From contig JACPUC010000003.1 in assembly GCA_016192455.1 (NCBI GenBank), positions 248,001-312,000 on the forward strand: 64,000 nucleotides of DNA, in the 5' to 3' direction. This DNA is from Candidatus Tectimicrobiota bacterium. GTDB taxonomy: Bacteria > JACPUC01. Below the pieces are notes generated by a model. The model was given only the letters and a program-made list of their open reading frames with translations. It did no database searches and was not told where the DNA came from. The translations under genes and the position numbers were made by a program. Below are positions 25,213-35,563 of the stretch, one piece after another. Positions within the stretch are counted from its first letter, which is position 1. Each line of letters opens with the position of its first letter.

Positions 25213-25347
25213 ATGAAGCGGACATATCAACCGGCGCGGCGCAAGCGTCAGAAAACACATGGCTTTCTCGTCCGCATGGCCACGCGCGGCGGGCGGCTCG
25301 TCCTGAAGCGTCGGCGCGCCAAGGGGCGCAAGCGGCTGGCCGTGTAA
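25213..25347 (+). CDS. rpmH: 50S ribosomal protein L34 (below ORF track size cutoff)
   Basis: [53 protein letters not shown]. Confidence 0.98.
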   Translation: MKRTYQPARRKRQKTHGFLVRMATRGGRLVLKRRRAKGRKRLAV

Positions 25348-25348
25348 A

Positions 25349-25873
25349 ATGGTGACTTCCCCTGGCGCCACGTCTCTGGTCGCAAAGGCCTCCAGGGCCG
25401 CGGGGGGGAGTTGCGGCGGAATCCCGGAGGCGCTCTTCGCGGGCGATGTCGAGGTGCAGACAAGCAGACAGTCGTTGACGAGCGCGGCGCGCCTGCACGC
25501 GCAGCGGGACTTTGAAGCCGTGCGTCGCCAGGGCAAGCTCGTGCGACGCGAAGGTCTGCGGGTTTTTTTCCGCAACAACACGGAGAGAGGCGCGCGCCTC
25601 GGTCTCAGCATCGGTAGGAAGGTTGGCGGCGCCGTGGATCGCAATCGCCTGAAGCGGGTGGCGCGGGAGGTCTTCCGCCGCGACCGGGAGCTGCGCCGCT
25701 TGGCGGTGGATGTCTTGGTGCAGGCGCTGCCCGCCAAAGGCGCGCCGCGTGCTGGCGAGCTGCGCCACAGTGATGCGCCGTTCCGCCGCCAGCTTGAGGA
25801 TGCGTTCACCGAGGTGTGCGAACGGCTCCGGCGTGAACACCCGCAGGGGCAGCACGGCAGCCTGCAGGGCTAG
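25349..25873 (+). CDS. rnpA: Ribonuclease P protein component (true start probably ~25453)
   Basis: RLGLSIGRKVGGAVDRNRLKR RNR motif; synteny. Confidence 0.9.
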   Translation: MVTSPGATSLVAKASRAAGGSCGGIPEALFAGDVEVQTSRQSLTSAARLHAQRDFEAVRRQGKLVRREGLRVFFRNNTERGARLGLSIGRKVGGAVDRNRLKRVAREVFRRDRELRRLAVDVLVQALPAKGAPRAGELRHSDAPFRRQLEDAFTEVCERLRREHPQGQHGSLQG

Positions 25874-25884
25874 TCGGTGGGAGG

Positions 25885-26205
25885 ATGAAGCAACAACCGA
25901 GCGGCCACCTTGGTGGGCCTATCCTCCGGGGAGCCGTCCTCGCCTGCCTGCGTTCGTATCAGCTCATTGTTTCGCCGCTTTTGCCGCCGGCCTGCCGGTT
26001 CTCCCCAACATGCTCTCGGTACGCCATGGAAGCGGTGCGCCGACACGGTGTCCGGCGAGGCCTACGCCTCACGGCGCTGCGCCTCCTGCGCTGCCACCCC
26101 TTCTGCGCGGGGGGGCTTGATGAGGTGCCGGCGGCAACAGACGGAGAGCCTCGCCCGGCGCCGGCCGGGAGTCCACGGAAGACAGCAGCCACCGCAACCA
26201 GATAG
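25885..26205 (+). CDS. yidD: Membrane protein insertion efficiency factor
   Basis: YQLIVSPLLPPACRFSPTCSRYA..LLRCHPF. Confidence 0.95.
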   Translation: MKQQPSGHLGGPILRGAVLACLRSYQLIVSPLLPPACRFSPTCSRYAMEAVRRHGVRRGLRLTALRLLRCHPFCAGGLDEVPAATDGEPRPAPAGSPRKTAATATR

Positions 26206-26278
26206 GGCCGCCCATTGAACCGCGTTGGGCGCATGGCGTGCTCGCTGGGGGTGCGCCAAGGGGACAGAGACCTTGCTG

Positions 26279-27922
26279 ATGATGGAAAAGCGAACCCTGA
26301 TTGCAATTGCGCTCTCAATCGCGGTGCTGCTCATCTGGCAGTTCCTTGTGCTGGGTCCGCAAGAGGCGCGACGACAGGCCGCGCAGCAGGAGCGCCAGGC
26401 GCGGCTCGAGCAAGAGAAGCTGCAGGCCCCGGCGGCGGAGCCGAAGACCGAAGAGCCGCCGCCGCAGGCCGCCGCGGCCGAGCAAGCGCGCGGCAATGCC
26501 GCCTTGCGGCCGCCGGCCGCCGAGGCGGTCCCGGAAGAAACAATCCGCGTCGCAACGCCGCTGATGGATGTTCTCCTCAGCAACCGCGGCGGGGCCGTGA
26601 AACAAATCACCTTGAAAGGCTACAAAGCAGATAACGGGACCCCGCTGGTGCTCGCCATGCCGGAGCCGGGCGGGGAGTTCCCGCTCTTCCTCCACACGAA
26701 CGTCCCCGACATCAATAAGGCCCTGAATGGCTCGACCTACGCCGTGAGGGGCGGCGACCTCGCCCTTGACGACCGGCGGCCGGAGGGAACGCTGACGTTC
26801 ACCTTGGACCAGGCGAACGGGCTGCGGGTCGAAAAACGCCTCACCTTCCACCAGAACCGCTACCAGATTGACGTTGGCGTGCGAGTGGAAGGCGGCGCGC
26901 TGAAAGGGCAGGGCTACGAGATTCTCTGGGGGCCCGGCTTGAACGCCGCCGCGGCGAACGACGACGAGCCCAAGCACGGCGAGCCGGCGGTGTTTCTCGA
27001 TGGCAAGCTCTCGTCGCCCCAGCCCGCGGGCGCCGCCTGGCAGGAGCGGCAAGGCAAGGCGCTGTGGGCGGGAATCCAGAGCAAGTACTTTGTCGCCGCC
27101 ATGATCCCGCGCAGCCCCGTCAGCGCGGTCGTGGTGCGGCCCGCCGGGGAGAAGCGCTACAGCGCCGGCTTCGAGATCGACGGTCGAGACCTCGGCGTCG
27201 CCAAGGAGTTCACCCTCTACGCCGGGCCCAAAGAGTTGCAGCGCCTGCGCGCCTATGACGTGAAGCTGGAACGGGTTGTCGACTTCGGGTACTTCGGCTT
27301 CCTCGGACGACCCCTGCAGCGCGTGCTGGCGTTCTTCTATCGCTACTCCCACAACTATGGCCTGGCGATCATCATCATTACCGTGCTCATCAAGCTCGCG
27401 TTCTACCCGCTGACCAACAAGAGCCTGGCGTCGATGAAAAAGATGCAGTCGCTGCAGCCGCGCATCAAGGAGCTGCAAGAGCGCTACAAGGGCGACCGGC
27501 AGAAAATCAATCAGGAGATGATGGGCATCTACCGCCAGCAGGGGGCAAGCCCGATCTCCGGCTGCCTGCCCATGGCGCTGCAGATTCCGGTTTTCATTGC
27601 CCTCTACAACGTCCTCCTCACCGACATCAGCCTGCGGCACGCCCCGTTCCTGCTCTGGATCACCGATCTCTCCAAGAAGGATCCGTACTACATCACGCCG
27701 ATCATCATGGGGGCGTCGATGTTCCTGCAGCAGAAGATGACGCCGACCACGATCGACCCGACGCAGGCCAAGATGATGCTCATGATGCCGGTCGTCTTCA
27801 CCTTCATGTTCCTGAACTTCCCCTCCGGGCTGGTGATCTACTGGTTGGTCAACAACATCCTCTCGATCGGGCAGCAGCTCCTCGTCAACCGCAAGCTGCA
27901 GGAGAGCGCGCCGACGACATGA
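26279..27922 (+). CDS. yidC: Membrane protein insertase YidC
   Basis: N-terminal TM, periplasmic domain, GCLPMALQIPVFIALY, WITDLSKKDPYY. Confidence 0.97.
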   Translation: MMEKRTLIAIALSIAVLLIWQFLVLGPQEARRQAAQQERQARLEQEKLQAPAAEPKTEEPPPQAAAAEQARGNAALRPPAAEAVPEETIRVATPLMDVLLSNRGGAVKQITLKGYKADNGTPLVLAMPEPGGEFPLFLHTNVPDINKALNGSTYAVRGGDLALDDRRPEGTLTFTLDQANGLRVEKRLTFHQNRYQIDVGVRVEGGALKGQGYEILWGPGLNAAAANDDEPKHGEPAVFLDGKLSSPQPAGAAWQERQGKALWAGIQSKYFVAAMIPRSPVSAVVVRPAGEKRYSAGFEIDGRDLGVAKEFTLYAGPKELQRLRAYDVKLERVVDFGYFGFLGRPLQRVLAFFYRYSHNYGLAIIIITVLIKLAFYPLTNKSLASMKKMQSLQPRIKELQERYKGDRQKINQEMMGIYRQQGASPISGCLPMALQIPVFIALYNVLLTDISLRHAPFLLWITDLSKKDPYYITPIIMGASMFLQQKMTPTTIDPTQAKMMLMMPVVFTFMFLNFPSGLVIYWLVNNILSIGQQLLVNRKLQESAPTT

Positions 27923-28098
27923 GGGCGCAGCGGAGCAGGGGTGGATGTCGGCGGAGCTTCCAGCAGGGTCGCGGGCGGGGATGGACATTGGGGGCCGCGT
28001 AGACGGCGCCCGGCTTGGCGGACGGGCTGTACGCCTGGGGGGAGCGGGATGTGCCGGCGGCCACCGCCGCCGGCGACCGCCGAGCCACGGGAATTCCC

Positions 28099-28728
28099 AT
28101 GAACTGGATCGAAGAACAAGGCAAGACCAAGGAAGAGGCGATTGACCGGGCGCTGCGGCGGCTGGGACGCGCCCTGCGGGAGGTTCGCGTCGAGGTTCTG
28201 GACGAAAATAAGCGCCTGCTGAAGCTGCTGGGGGCGAGGGGGACGCGCATCCGCGTCTATTACCATGTTGAAACCCCGGAGCTGGCCGCGGCGAAGCAGA
28301 TCGTGGAGAAGCTGCTGAAGCTGCTGCATGTGCGGGCGGACGTGGTTGGCCGCATGGAGGAGGAGACGATCTACCTCGACGTGGAGTCGGACAGCCCCGG
28401 CCTGCTCATCGGCAAGCAGGGGCGCACGCTGGAGGCGCTGCAGTACATCGCGACGCGCGTTCTGGAGAGCACCAGGCACGAGCGGCTGCGGCTCTGCCTC
28501 GATATCGGCAACTACCAGGAGCGCCATGCCCAGCAACTCGCCGGCCTGGCGAGAAAGCTGGCGGACGAAGTGCGCGCCACCGGCAAGCGCGTGACGGCGC
28601 CGCCCATGAACCCGGCGGATCGGCGGCTCTTCCACATGGCGCTGCGCGATGATGCGGATGTGACCACGGCGAGCGAGGGAGAAGGCCTCCTGCGCACCAT
28701 TGTCGTGTCGGCCCGCGCGGAGCGCTGA
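28099..28728 (+). CDS. jag: Jag/EloR (KhpB) RNA-binding protein
   Basis: Jag_N GKTKEEAI, KH GLLIGKQGRTLEALQ, R3H PMNPADRRLFH. Confidence 0.92.
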   Translation: MNWIEEQGKTKEEAIDRALRRLGRALREVRVEVLDENKRLLKLLGARGTRIRVYYHVETPELAAAKQIVEKLLKLLHVRADVVGRMEEETIYLDVESDSPGLLIGKQGRTLEALQYIATRVLESTRHERLRLCLDIGNYQERHAQQLAGLARKLADEVRATGKRVTAPPMNPADRRLFHMALRDDADVTTASEGEGLLRTIVVSARAER

Positions 28729-29008
28729 GCGCGCGCCTGCGCCCGGCGCTCCGCATCTCCCGCCTCTCGCCCGCGGCGCCGCCGCAATCCGCGCAATCTG
28801 CGTCATCTGCGGATTCCGTCTCGCCTCTCGCCCGCGGCGCCCCCCGGCTCGGCCCGCGATCCCCCTCCGCGCGACTCGATTTTCCTTCGGTCCGCCGGCG
28901 CCGCGCGCCCGGGCCCCCCAGGCGCCGCGCGGGGGGGCTGGAGAAGGCGGAGCGCGGGCGTCCCGCCCGCTTCCAGCTCAATCCGCACGCGAGGGGGCTG
29001 GAGACAAT

Positions 29009-29036
29009 GTAGGGGCGGTTCGCGAACCGCCCTCTA
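29009..29036. repeat. GTAG-family REP copy
   Basis: GTAGGGGCGGTTCGCGAACCGCCC; nearby 9-mer arrays at ~28787 and ~29069. Confidence 0.75.
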
Positions 29037-29127
29037 TCCCCAAGCAGGCGCGCGCGCGGGGCCGGCGTCTGCGGAATCCGCGAAATCTGTGGATATACAC
29101 CAAGCAGGCCCGCGCGGAGTGGCAGGC

Positions 29128-30522
29128 ATGAACACGAACAATGGCGAGGGGACTATCGCCGCGATTGCGACGCCGCGCGGCGAGGGCGGCATCGGCATTG
29201 TGCGCCTCAGCGGCCCGGCGGCCGCGGCGATCGCTCGGCGCCTCTTCCGCGCGGCCGGGAACGCTCAACTTGCCTCGCTCCCCTCGCATCATCTGCGGCA
29301 CGGGTACATCGTCGACCCCGACACCCAGGAGAGGATCGATGAGGTGATGCTGGCGCCGATGCTGGCGCCGCGTTCCTACACGCGCGAGGATGTCGTCGAG
29401 ATCCACTGCCATGGGGGTACGCTGGTGCAGCAGCGCATCCTGCGCCTCCTCCTGGCGAGCGGCGCGCGCCCGGCGCGGCCGGGGGAGTTCACGCAGCGCG
29501 CCTTCCTCAATGGTCGCCTTGACCTGGCGCAGGCCGAGGCGGTGGCGGAGATCATCGCGGCCCGCAGCGAGGCGGCGCTGCGGTCGGCCCTGAGCGTCCT
29601 CGACGGCGAGCTGTCGCGCGCCGTCGCCGCCAGCCGCGAGGACGTCCTGGGCATCCTCGTCATCCTGGAGGCGTCGGTCGATTTCCCCGACGAGGAGCTG
29701 GAGATCCTCGAGCAGGAGGAGCTCGTGGCCCGCGCCGACGCCGCGGCGCAACGCCTGCGGGCGTTGTTGGCGCAGGTTGAGCGCGGCCGGCTGCTGCGCG
29801 ACGGCGTGCGCACCGCCATCGTCGGCCGGCCGAACGTGGGGAAGTCAAGCCTCCTGAATGCGCTGCTGCTGCGGGATCGGGCGATCGTGCATGAGACGCC
29901 GGGCACCACCCGGGACGTGATCGAGGACTGGCTGACGGTGCGGGGGGTGGCGCTGCGGCTGCTGGATACCGCGGGCATGCGCAGCTCCGCCGACGCCGTC
30001 GAGCAGCTTGGCGTCGAGCGCTCCCGCGCCGCCCTGGAGAGCGCCGAGCTCGTCCTGCTGGTGCTGGACGGCGCCGCGCCGCTGCTCGATGCCGACCGTG
30101 ACCTGGCGGGGCGGCTGGCGGGGCGGCGGGCCATCCTCGTGCTCAACAAATGCGACCTGCCGCGGCAGGCATCCGACGCCGAGGCCCAGGCCCTGCTTGC
30201 CGGCGCGCCGCTGGCGCGCGTCTCGGCGCTGCGGCGCAGCGGCCTGGAGGAGCTCTGCGATCTAATCGCGGCGCAGGCGGCGGATGGAGGGGGCGGCGAG
30301 GCGGAGGGCGCCCTGGTGACGCGCGAGCGGCAGCGCGCCGCGCTGGCCGCGGCCGCCGAGGCCCTGGCGCAGGGGCGCGCGAGCCTGGCGGCGGGGCTGT
30401 CGGGCGAGTTCGCGGCGGCTGATCTGCAGGCCTGCCTGGGATTCCTGGGGGAGATCACCGGCGAGACCTGCCGCGCCGATGTCCTGGACAAAATCTTCGC
30501 CGAATTCTGCATCGGCAAGTGA
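29128..30522 (+). CDS. mnmE: tRNA modification GTPase MnmE
   Basis: TIAAIATP, GRPNVGKSS, GTTRD, DTAG, NKCD, C-terminal FCIGK. Confidence 0.98.
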   Translation: MNTNNGEGTIAAIATPRGEGGIGIVRLSGPAAAAIARRLFRAAGNAQLASLPSHHLRHGYIVDPDTQERIDEVMLAPMLAPRSYTREDVVEIHCHGGTLVQQRILRLLLASGARPARPGEFTQRAFLNGRLDLAQAEAVAEIIAARSEAALRSALSVLDGELSRAVAASREDVLGILVILEASVDFPDEELEILEQEELVARADAAAQRLRALLAQVERGRLLRDGVRTAIVGRPNVGKSSLLNALLLRDRAIVHETPGTTRDVIEDWLTVRGVALRLLDTAGMRSSADAVEQLGVERSRAALESAELVLLVLDGAAPLLDADRDLAGRLAGRRAILVLNKCDLPRQASDAEAQALLAGAPLARVSALRRSGLEELCDLIAAQAADGGGGEAEGALVTRERQRAALAAAAEALAQGRASLAAGLSGEFAAADLQACLGFLGEITGETCRADVLDKIFAEFCIGK

Positions 30523-30583
30523 GGGGCGCCCCGGCGGCCGCGGCGCGGCGGCCGTCGGCGGGGGCTGTCGTCAGGGGGAGACG

Positions 30584-32488
30584 GTGCGGTTCGACGCGGC
30601 GTACGACGTGATCGTCGTGGGCGGCGGCCATGCCGGCTGCGAGGCGGCGCTGGCGGCGGCGCGCCTGGGCGGCCGCGCGCTGCTGCTGACGATGAGCCTC
30701 GAGACGATCGCCCTGATGCCCTGCAACCCCGCCATTGGGGGGCTGGCCAAGGGGCACCTGGTGCGCGAGATCGACGCCCTCGGCGGCGAGATGGGGCGCT
30801 GTATCGACGAGACCGGCATCCAGTTCCGCATGCTCAACACCGGCAAGGGGCCGGCGGTGCGGGCGCCGCGCGCCCAGGCGGACAAGCGGCGCTACCGGCT
30901 GGCGATGCGGCGGCGCCTCGAGGAGCAGCCGGGGCTCGACCTTGTGACCGGGCGCGCCGAGCAGGTCCTCTTCCAGGCCGGGCGCATCGCCGGGGTGGTG
31001 ACCGAGACCGGCGGGCGGCTGCGCTGCGCGGCGCTCGTGCTCGCCACCGGCACGTTCCTGAACGGCCTCTGCCACGTCGGCCTGACGAACTACGCCGCCG
31101 GGCGCGCCGGCGAGTGCGCCGCGCTGCGCCTCTCGGACGCCCTCCAGCAGCTCGGCTTTGAGATCGGCCGCCTGAAGACCGGCACGCCGCCGCGTCTGCA
31201 CGCGGCGAGCATCGACTTCGCGGCCTGCGCGGAGCAGCCAGGAGACGAGCCGCCGCTGCCCTTCTCCTACTCCACCACGAAGATCGAGCAGCCGCAGCTC
31301 TCCTGCTGGCTCACCCACACCAACCCCGCCACGCATGCCGTCATCCGCGCCAACCTCGGCGCCTCGCCGCTTTACGCCGGCGTCATCAAGGGGATCGGGC
31401 CGCGCTACTGCCCGTCGCTCGAGGACAAGGTGATGCGCTTTCCCGAACGCCGCCAGCACCAGGTCTTCCTCGAGCCCGAGGGCTACGAGACGCCGGAAAT
31501 CTACTGCAACGGCATCTCCACCAGCCTGCCCGCGGAGGTGCAGCGGCAGGTCGTGCACAGCATCGCCGGGCTGGAGCGGGCGAAAATGCTGCGCGCCGGC
31601 TACGCGGTGGAGTACGACTTCGTCATGCCGACGCAACTCCTGCCCTCGCTGATGACGAAGCGCGTGCCGGGGCTCTTCCACGCCGGGCAGATCAACGGCA
31701 CCTCGGGGTACGAGGAGGCCGCGGCCCAGGGGCTGATGGCGGGGATCAACGCGGCGCGCTACGCGAGCGGCAAGGAGCCGGTCGTGCTGCGCCGCGACCA
31801 GGCCTACATCGGCGTCCTCATCGATGATCTCGTCACCAAGGGCACCCGCGAGCCGTACCGCATGTTCACCTCCCGCGCCGAATACCGCCTCCTGCTGCGG
31901 CAGGACAACGCTGACCTGCGGCTGCGCGACATCGGCCACGAGGTGGGGCTGGTTGACGAGGCGACGCATCGGACCTTCCGCGCCAAACGGCGGCTGATCG
32001 AGGCGGAGATCACCCGCCTCGAGGCGACGGCCGTGCATCCGACAGCCGAGAACAACGCCATCCTGGCGCGCTTCGGCTCGGCCTCGCTGGGGACGGCGCG
32101 CTCGCTGGCAACCCTGCTGGCGCGCCCGGAGCTCGACTACTGGAAGGTGAACGAGCTGCTCGTGGCGGGTGACAAGCCGGCGCGGCGGCTGACGGCGGAG
32201 GTCGTGGAGCAGGTGGAGATCGCCCTCAAGTACAAGGGCTACATCGCCCGCCAGGAGGACGAGGTAGCCCGCTTCCTGAAGCTGGAGGAGCGGCCCCTGC
32301 CAGCCGACCTCGAGTACCCCGAGCTGACCATGCTTTCGAAGGAGGTGCGCGAGAAGCTTGCGGCGATTCGGCCCCAAACCATCGGGCAGGCCTCGCGCAT
32401 CGCCGGCGTGACGCCCGCGGCGATCTCCATCCTCGGTGTCCTCACGGCGCGGCGCGACGGCCCCGCCCGCCGCACCGGCGAGGCCTGA
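30584..32488 (+). CDS. mnmG: tRNA uridine-5-carboxymethylaminomethyl modification enzyme MnmG
   Basis: VVGGGHAGCEAA, CNPAIGG, GPRYCPS, GQINGTSGYEEAAAQG; GTG start. Confidence 0.98.
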   Translation: MRFDAAYDVIVVGGGHAGCEAALAAARLGGRALLLTMSLETIALMPCNPAIGGLAKGHLVREIDALGGEMGRCIDETGIQFRMLNTGKGPAVRAPRAQADKRRYRLAMRRRLEEQPGLDLVTGRAEQVLFQAGRIAGVVTETGGRLRCAALVLATGTFLNGLCHVGLTNYAAGRAGECAALRLSDALQQLGFEIGRLKTGTPPRLHAASIDFAACAEQPGDEPPLPFSYSTTKIEQPQLSCWLTHTNPATHAVIRANLGASPLYAGVIKGIGPRYCPSLEDKVMRFPERRQHQVFLEPEGYETPEIYCNGISTSLPAEVQRQVVHSIAGLERAKMLRAGYAVEYDFVMPTQLLPSLMTKRVPGLFHAGQINGTSGYEEAAAQGLMAGINAARYASGKEPVVLRRDQAYIGVLIDDLVTKGTREPYRMFTSRAEYRLLLRQDNADLRLRDIGHEVGLVDEATHRTFRAKRRLIEAEITRLEATAVHPTAENNAILARFGSASLGTARSLATLLARPELDYWKVNELLVAGDKPARRLTAEVVEQVEIALKYKGYIARQEDEVARFLKLEERPLPADLEYPELTMLSKEVREKLAAIRPQTIGQASRIAGVTPAAISILGVLTARRDGPARRTGEA

Positions 32489-32586
32489 GGAGGGCCGCCG
32501 CCAGGCCGCCGCGGCGCTTTGCAATTGCGCCGCGCCGGCGTCTCTGCTATAGATAGCGAGGGCGGCCCAGGCGTCGCCGCCGGGAA

Positions 32587-32602
32587 TGTTCCACGTGGAA
32601 CA
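32587..32602. promoter_or_regulatory. parS centromere site
   Basis: Perfect consensus TGTTCCACGTGGAACA (palindrome extends 32585-32604), upstream of parA. Confidence 0.95.
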
Positions 32603-32714
32603 TTGACAGAGGGCGGAGCGCGTTACAGGCATCCCCGCCTGGCGCCGCGCCGCCGCCGCGGACGCACCGCCGCCGCATCCCGGCCCCCGCTGGACCAGCA
32701 CCACCCCAGGCGCC

Positions 32715-33491
32715 ATGGCAAGGACCATCAGCATCGCCAATCAAAAAGGGGGCGTCGGCAAGACGACCACCGCGGTCAACCTCGCCGCCGCGCTCGCCCT
32801 GGCAGGCCGCAAAACCCTCCTCGTTGACATGGACCCGCAAGGCAACGCCTCGACGGGCGTCGGGGTCCCTCAGGCGGCGGGGACGCACGGCACCTACCAG
32901 GTCATGAATGGGGCTCATGGCATCTCCGAAGCGGCCGCTCCGACCGTGGTCAAGGACCTCTGGCTGGTACCCACCAACATCGACCTCATCGGCGCCGAGA
33001 TCGAGCTCGTCTCCCGCGTCCACCGCGAGCACGTCATGGCCGAGGCGCTGCGCCATCTCGACAGCAGCTTCCGCTACGCCATCCTTGACTGCCCCCCCTC
33101 CCTCGGCCTCCTCACCGTGAACGCGCTCTGCGCCGCCGACTCGGTGCTCATCCCCATCCAGTGCGAGTACTATGCCCTGGAGGGCTTGAGCCAGCTTATC
33201 AAGTCCGTCAACCGCGTGCGCCACAGCCTCAATCCGCGCCTCGTCCTCGAAGGCATCCTGCCCACCATGTACGACCGCCGCACCGCCCTCTCGGAGCAGG
33301 TGTTGGGGGAGGTGCGCAAGCTCTTTCAGGAGCGCGTCTTCCGCACCGTCATCCCGCGCAACATCCGCCTCAGCGAGGCGCCCGGCTTCGGGCGCCCGAT
33401 CGCCCTCTACGACCCCAAGTGCGCCGGGACGCAGGCGTACACCGCTCTAGCCGAGGAGATCATCGAGCATGCAGAGAAAGGCGCTTGGTAA
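32715..33491 (+). CDS. parA: Chromosome partitioning ATPase ParA/Soj
   Basis: NQKGGVGKTTT, DMDPQGNA, DCPPSLG, EYYALEG. Confidence 0.97.
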   Translation: MARTISIANQKGGVGKTTTAVNLAAALALAGRKTLLVDMDPQGNASTGVGVPQAAGTHGTYQVMNGAHGISEAAAPTVVKDLWLVPTNIDLIGAEIELVSRVHREHVMAEALRHLDSSFRYAILDCPPSLGLLTVNALCAADSVLIPIQCEYYALEGLSQLIKSVNRVRHSLNPRLVLEGILPTMYDRRTALSEQVLGEVRKLFQERVFRTVIPRNIRLSEAPGFGRPIALYDPKCAGTQAYTALAEEIIEHAEKGAW

Positions 33492-34350
33492 GGGACTCGC
33501 CGCCCTCCTGCCGGAGATCGACCTGGGCCTCATGCCGGGGGGCGAGGCGGGCGCCGCGGTCGGCCCCTACCGCGACATTCCCCTGGCGCGCATCGGCGGC
33601 AACCCGTTGCAGCCGCGCACGCAGTACAGCGAGGAGAAGCTGGAGGAGCTCGCCGCCTCGATCAGGGCGCAAGGGATCGTGCAGCCCGTGCTGGTGCGGC
33701 CGGCGGCCGGCAGGGAGGGGTTCTACGAGCTGCTCGCCGGCGAGCGCCGCCTGCTTGCCGCCGAGCGCGCCGGCCTGACCGCCGTGCCCGCCATCGTCCG
33801 CCCGGCGGACGACCACGAGGCGCTGGAGCTGGCGCTGATCGAGAACCTGCAGCGCGAAGACCTCAACCCCATGGACGAGGCGCGCGCCTACCGCATCCTC
33901 ATGGAGCAGTTTCAGCTCACCCAGGAGGAGGTGGCGGAGCGCCTCAGCAAGGACCGCAGCAGCGTCACCAACATGCTGCGCCTGCTGCGCCTGCCGGACG
34001 AAGTGCGGGGCTACGTGGCGGACGGCCGACTCAGCCTCGGCCACGCCAAGGTCCTCCTTGGGCTGGAGGCGCCGGCGCGGCAGGTGGAGCTGGCGCGGCG
34101 GATCGTCAGCGGCGGCCTGTCGGTGCGCGACGCCGAGCGCCGCGCCAGGAAGCTGCTGCCGGGGAGGGAGCAGCGGCGCGAGCGCCAGGCGGACGAGATG
34201 GCGGTGTACCTGGAGCGTCTGGAGCGGCACCTGCAAGAGAAGTTCGGCACCAAGGTGCGGGTGCAGGGAAGCGGGCGGCGCGGCAAGCTGATCTTCGAGT
34301 ACTACTCCGCGGAGGACCTCGAGCGCCTCATCGGCATGCTGTCGGTCTAG
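33469..34350 (+). CDS. parB: Chromosome partitioning protein ParB/Spo0J
   Basis: RKALGKGL, NPLQPR, AGERR, ENLQREDL, HTH. Confidence 0.97.
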   Translation: MQRKALGKGLAALLPEIDLGLMPGGEAGAAVGPYRDIPLARIGGNPLQPRTQYSEEKLEELAASIRAQGIVQPVLVRPAAGREGFYELLAGERRLLAAERAGLTAVPAIVRPADDHEALELALIENLQREDLNPMDEARAYRILMEQFQLTQEEVAERLSKDRSSVTNMLRLLRLPDEVRGYVADGRLSLGHAKVLLGLEAPARQVELARRIVSGGLSVRDAERRARKLLPGREQRRERQADEMAVYLERLERHLQEKFGTKVRVQGSGRRGKLIFEYYSAEDLERLIGMLSV

Positions 34351-34598
34351 GCCGGGGCCACACCGGCGCAGAGGGCCGGCGCCGGCGGCCGCGCGGGGGA
34401 GAGGCGATTCCTTGCGGGGGGGGGCCGGGAAGAGATCGACCTTGGCTGAGGAGTCGCGAACTGTCCGGGGGATGCGCAAGCATCCCCCGGTTTCGTTAAA
34501 GAGAAGGTTGACGGGCGGCATGCGCAAAGCACGGAGGCGGGCGGGCGATGCCGCCCTGCGCCCAGCGTGCTGGTTCTCAATTTGGAGCAGATGAGGTT

Positions 34599-34656
34599 GC
34601 GAGGGAGCCGCGCCCCCTCGCGCACCCCGACTGCGCGAGCTGCCGCGCAGCTCGCG
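34599..34656. repeat. Second dispersed hairpin repeat family (GCGAGGGAGCC..CCCCCTCGCGC)
   Basis: Related copies at ~7944-7973 (inverted), ~54378-54450 (inverted), 60631-60660. Confidence 0.65.
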
Positions 34657-34684
34657 GGAAGCGGCGGCGTGAGAGGACGCAACA

Positions 34685-35563
34685 CTACGGCGCCGCTTCC
34701 TCGCATCGCGTCATGAGACGGCGCCAACGCGCGTCGGTCTCTTCTTGCAGGAGTTGCGCGTCCGCCCCCTCGAAGCGCCGCTGAAGCAGCGTGTACTCCT
34801 GCACCGGGCGCGCGGGGGGATTCAGGGTGAGGCGGTAGCTTCCCTCCACCACCTCATAGAGGGGATGGAGGCGGCAGAGGACGGAGAGACGGGCCAGCTT
34901 GATGCCGAGCGGTCCCTCGTAGCCCCAGTTGATGCAGGGCGCCAGCAGGTGGAGGAAGGCAAAGCCGCGGGTGGAGGCGGCGCGGGCCACCTTCGCCTTC
35001 AGGTCCTCGGGGAAGGCCGCGGAGATGGTGGCGGCGTAAGGGATGCGGTGCGCCACGAGAATCTCCATGAGCTCCTTCTGCTGCTCCGGCTTGCCGCCGG
35101 GGGTGGAGCGCGTTCTGCTCTGGCGCGGCGTGCCGGTGGTGCTGTGGTGGCCGGTGTTCTGGTAGCCCTGGTTGTCGTTGCACAGGGCGATGATGTCGTA
35201 GTTCTGGTTCGCCACGAAGGAGAGCCCCTCGAGGCCGATATCGAAGAAGGCGCCGTCCCCGCCCCAGACGAGCACTTGGCGGTCCCCTCCCAGCATGCGG
35301 TCGGCGTAGGCGTAGCCGGCGGCCTGGCCGAAGACGCTGGCGTAGACGCAGTTGAGCGCCGGAATGGTGACGGTCGCGTGGCCCGGGCTGATGTAGATGG
35401 CGCCGCAGCCGGGCGGCACGAAGACGATGCTGTTCGGCCCCAGGACATCCAGGATCATCCGCATGGCGGTTACCGGGCCGCAGCCGGGGCAGGCGTAGTG
35501 GCTCCCCTGCAACCCGGTCTCCTGGAAGCGCGCCGCCGCGTCCGCAATCCCCTCAGGATACAT
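34685..35563 (-). CDS. 2-oxoacid:acceptor oxidoreductase beta subunit (TPP-binding)
   Basis: ACPGCG, GGDGAFFD, NDNQGYQNTG, LAPC. Confidence 0.9.
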   Translation of the reverse strand: MYPEGIADAAARFQETGLQGSHYACPGCGPVTAMRMILDVLGPNSIVFVPPGCGAIYISPGHATVTIPALNCVYASVFGQAAGYAYADRMLGGDRQVLVWGGDGAFFDIGLEGLSFVANQNYDIIALCNDNQGYQNTGHHSTTGTPRQSRTRSTPGGKPEQQKELMEILVAHRIPYAATISAAFPEDLKAKVARAASTRGFAFLHLLAPCINWGYEGPLGIKLARLSVLCRLHPLYEVVEGSYRLTLNPPARPVQEYTLLQRRFEGADAQLLQEETDARWRRLMTRCEEAAP

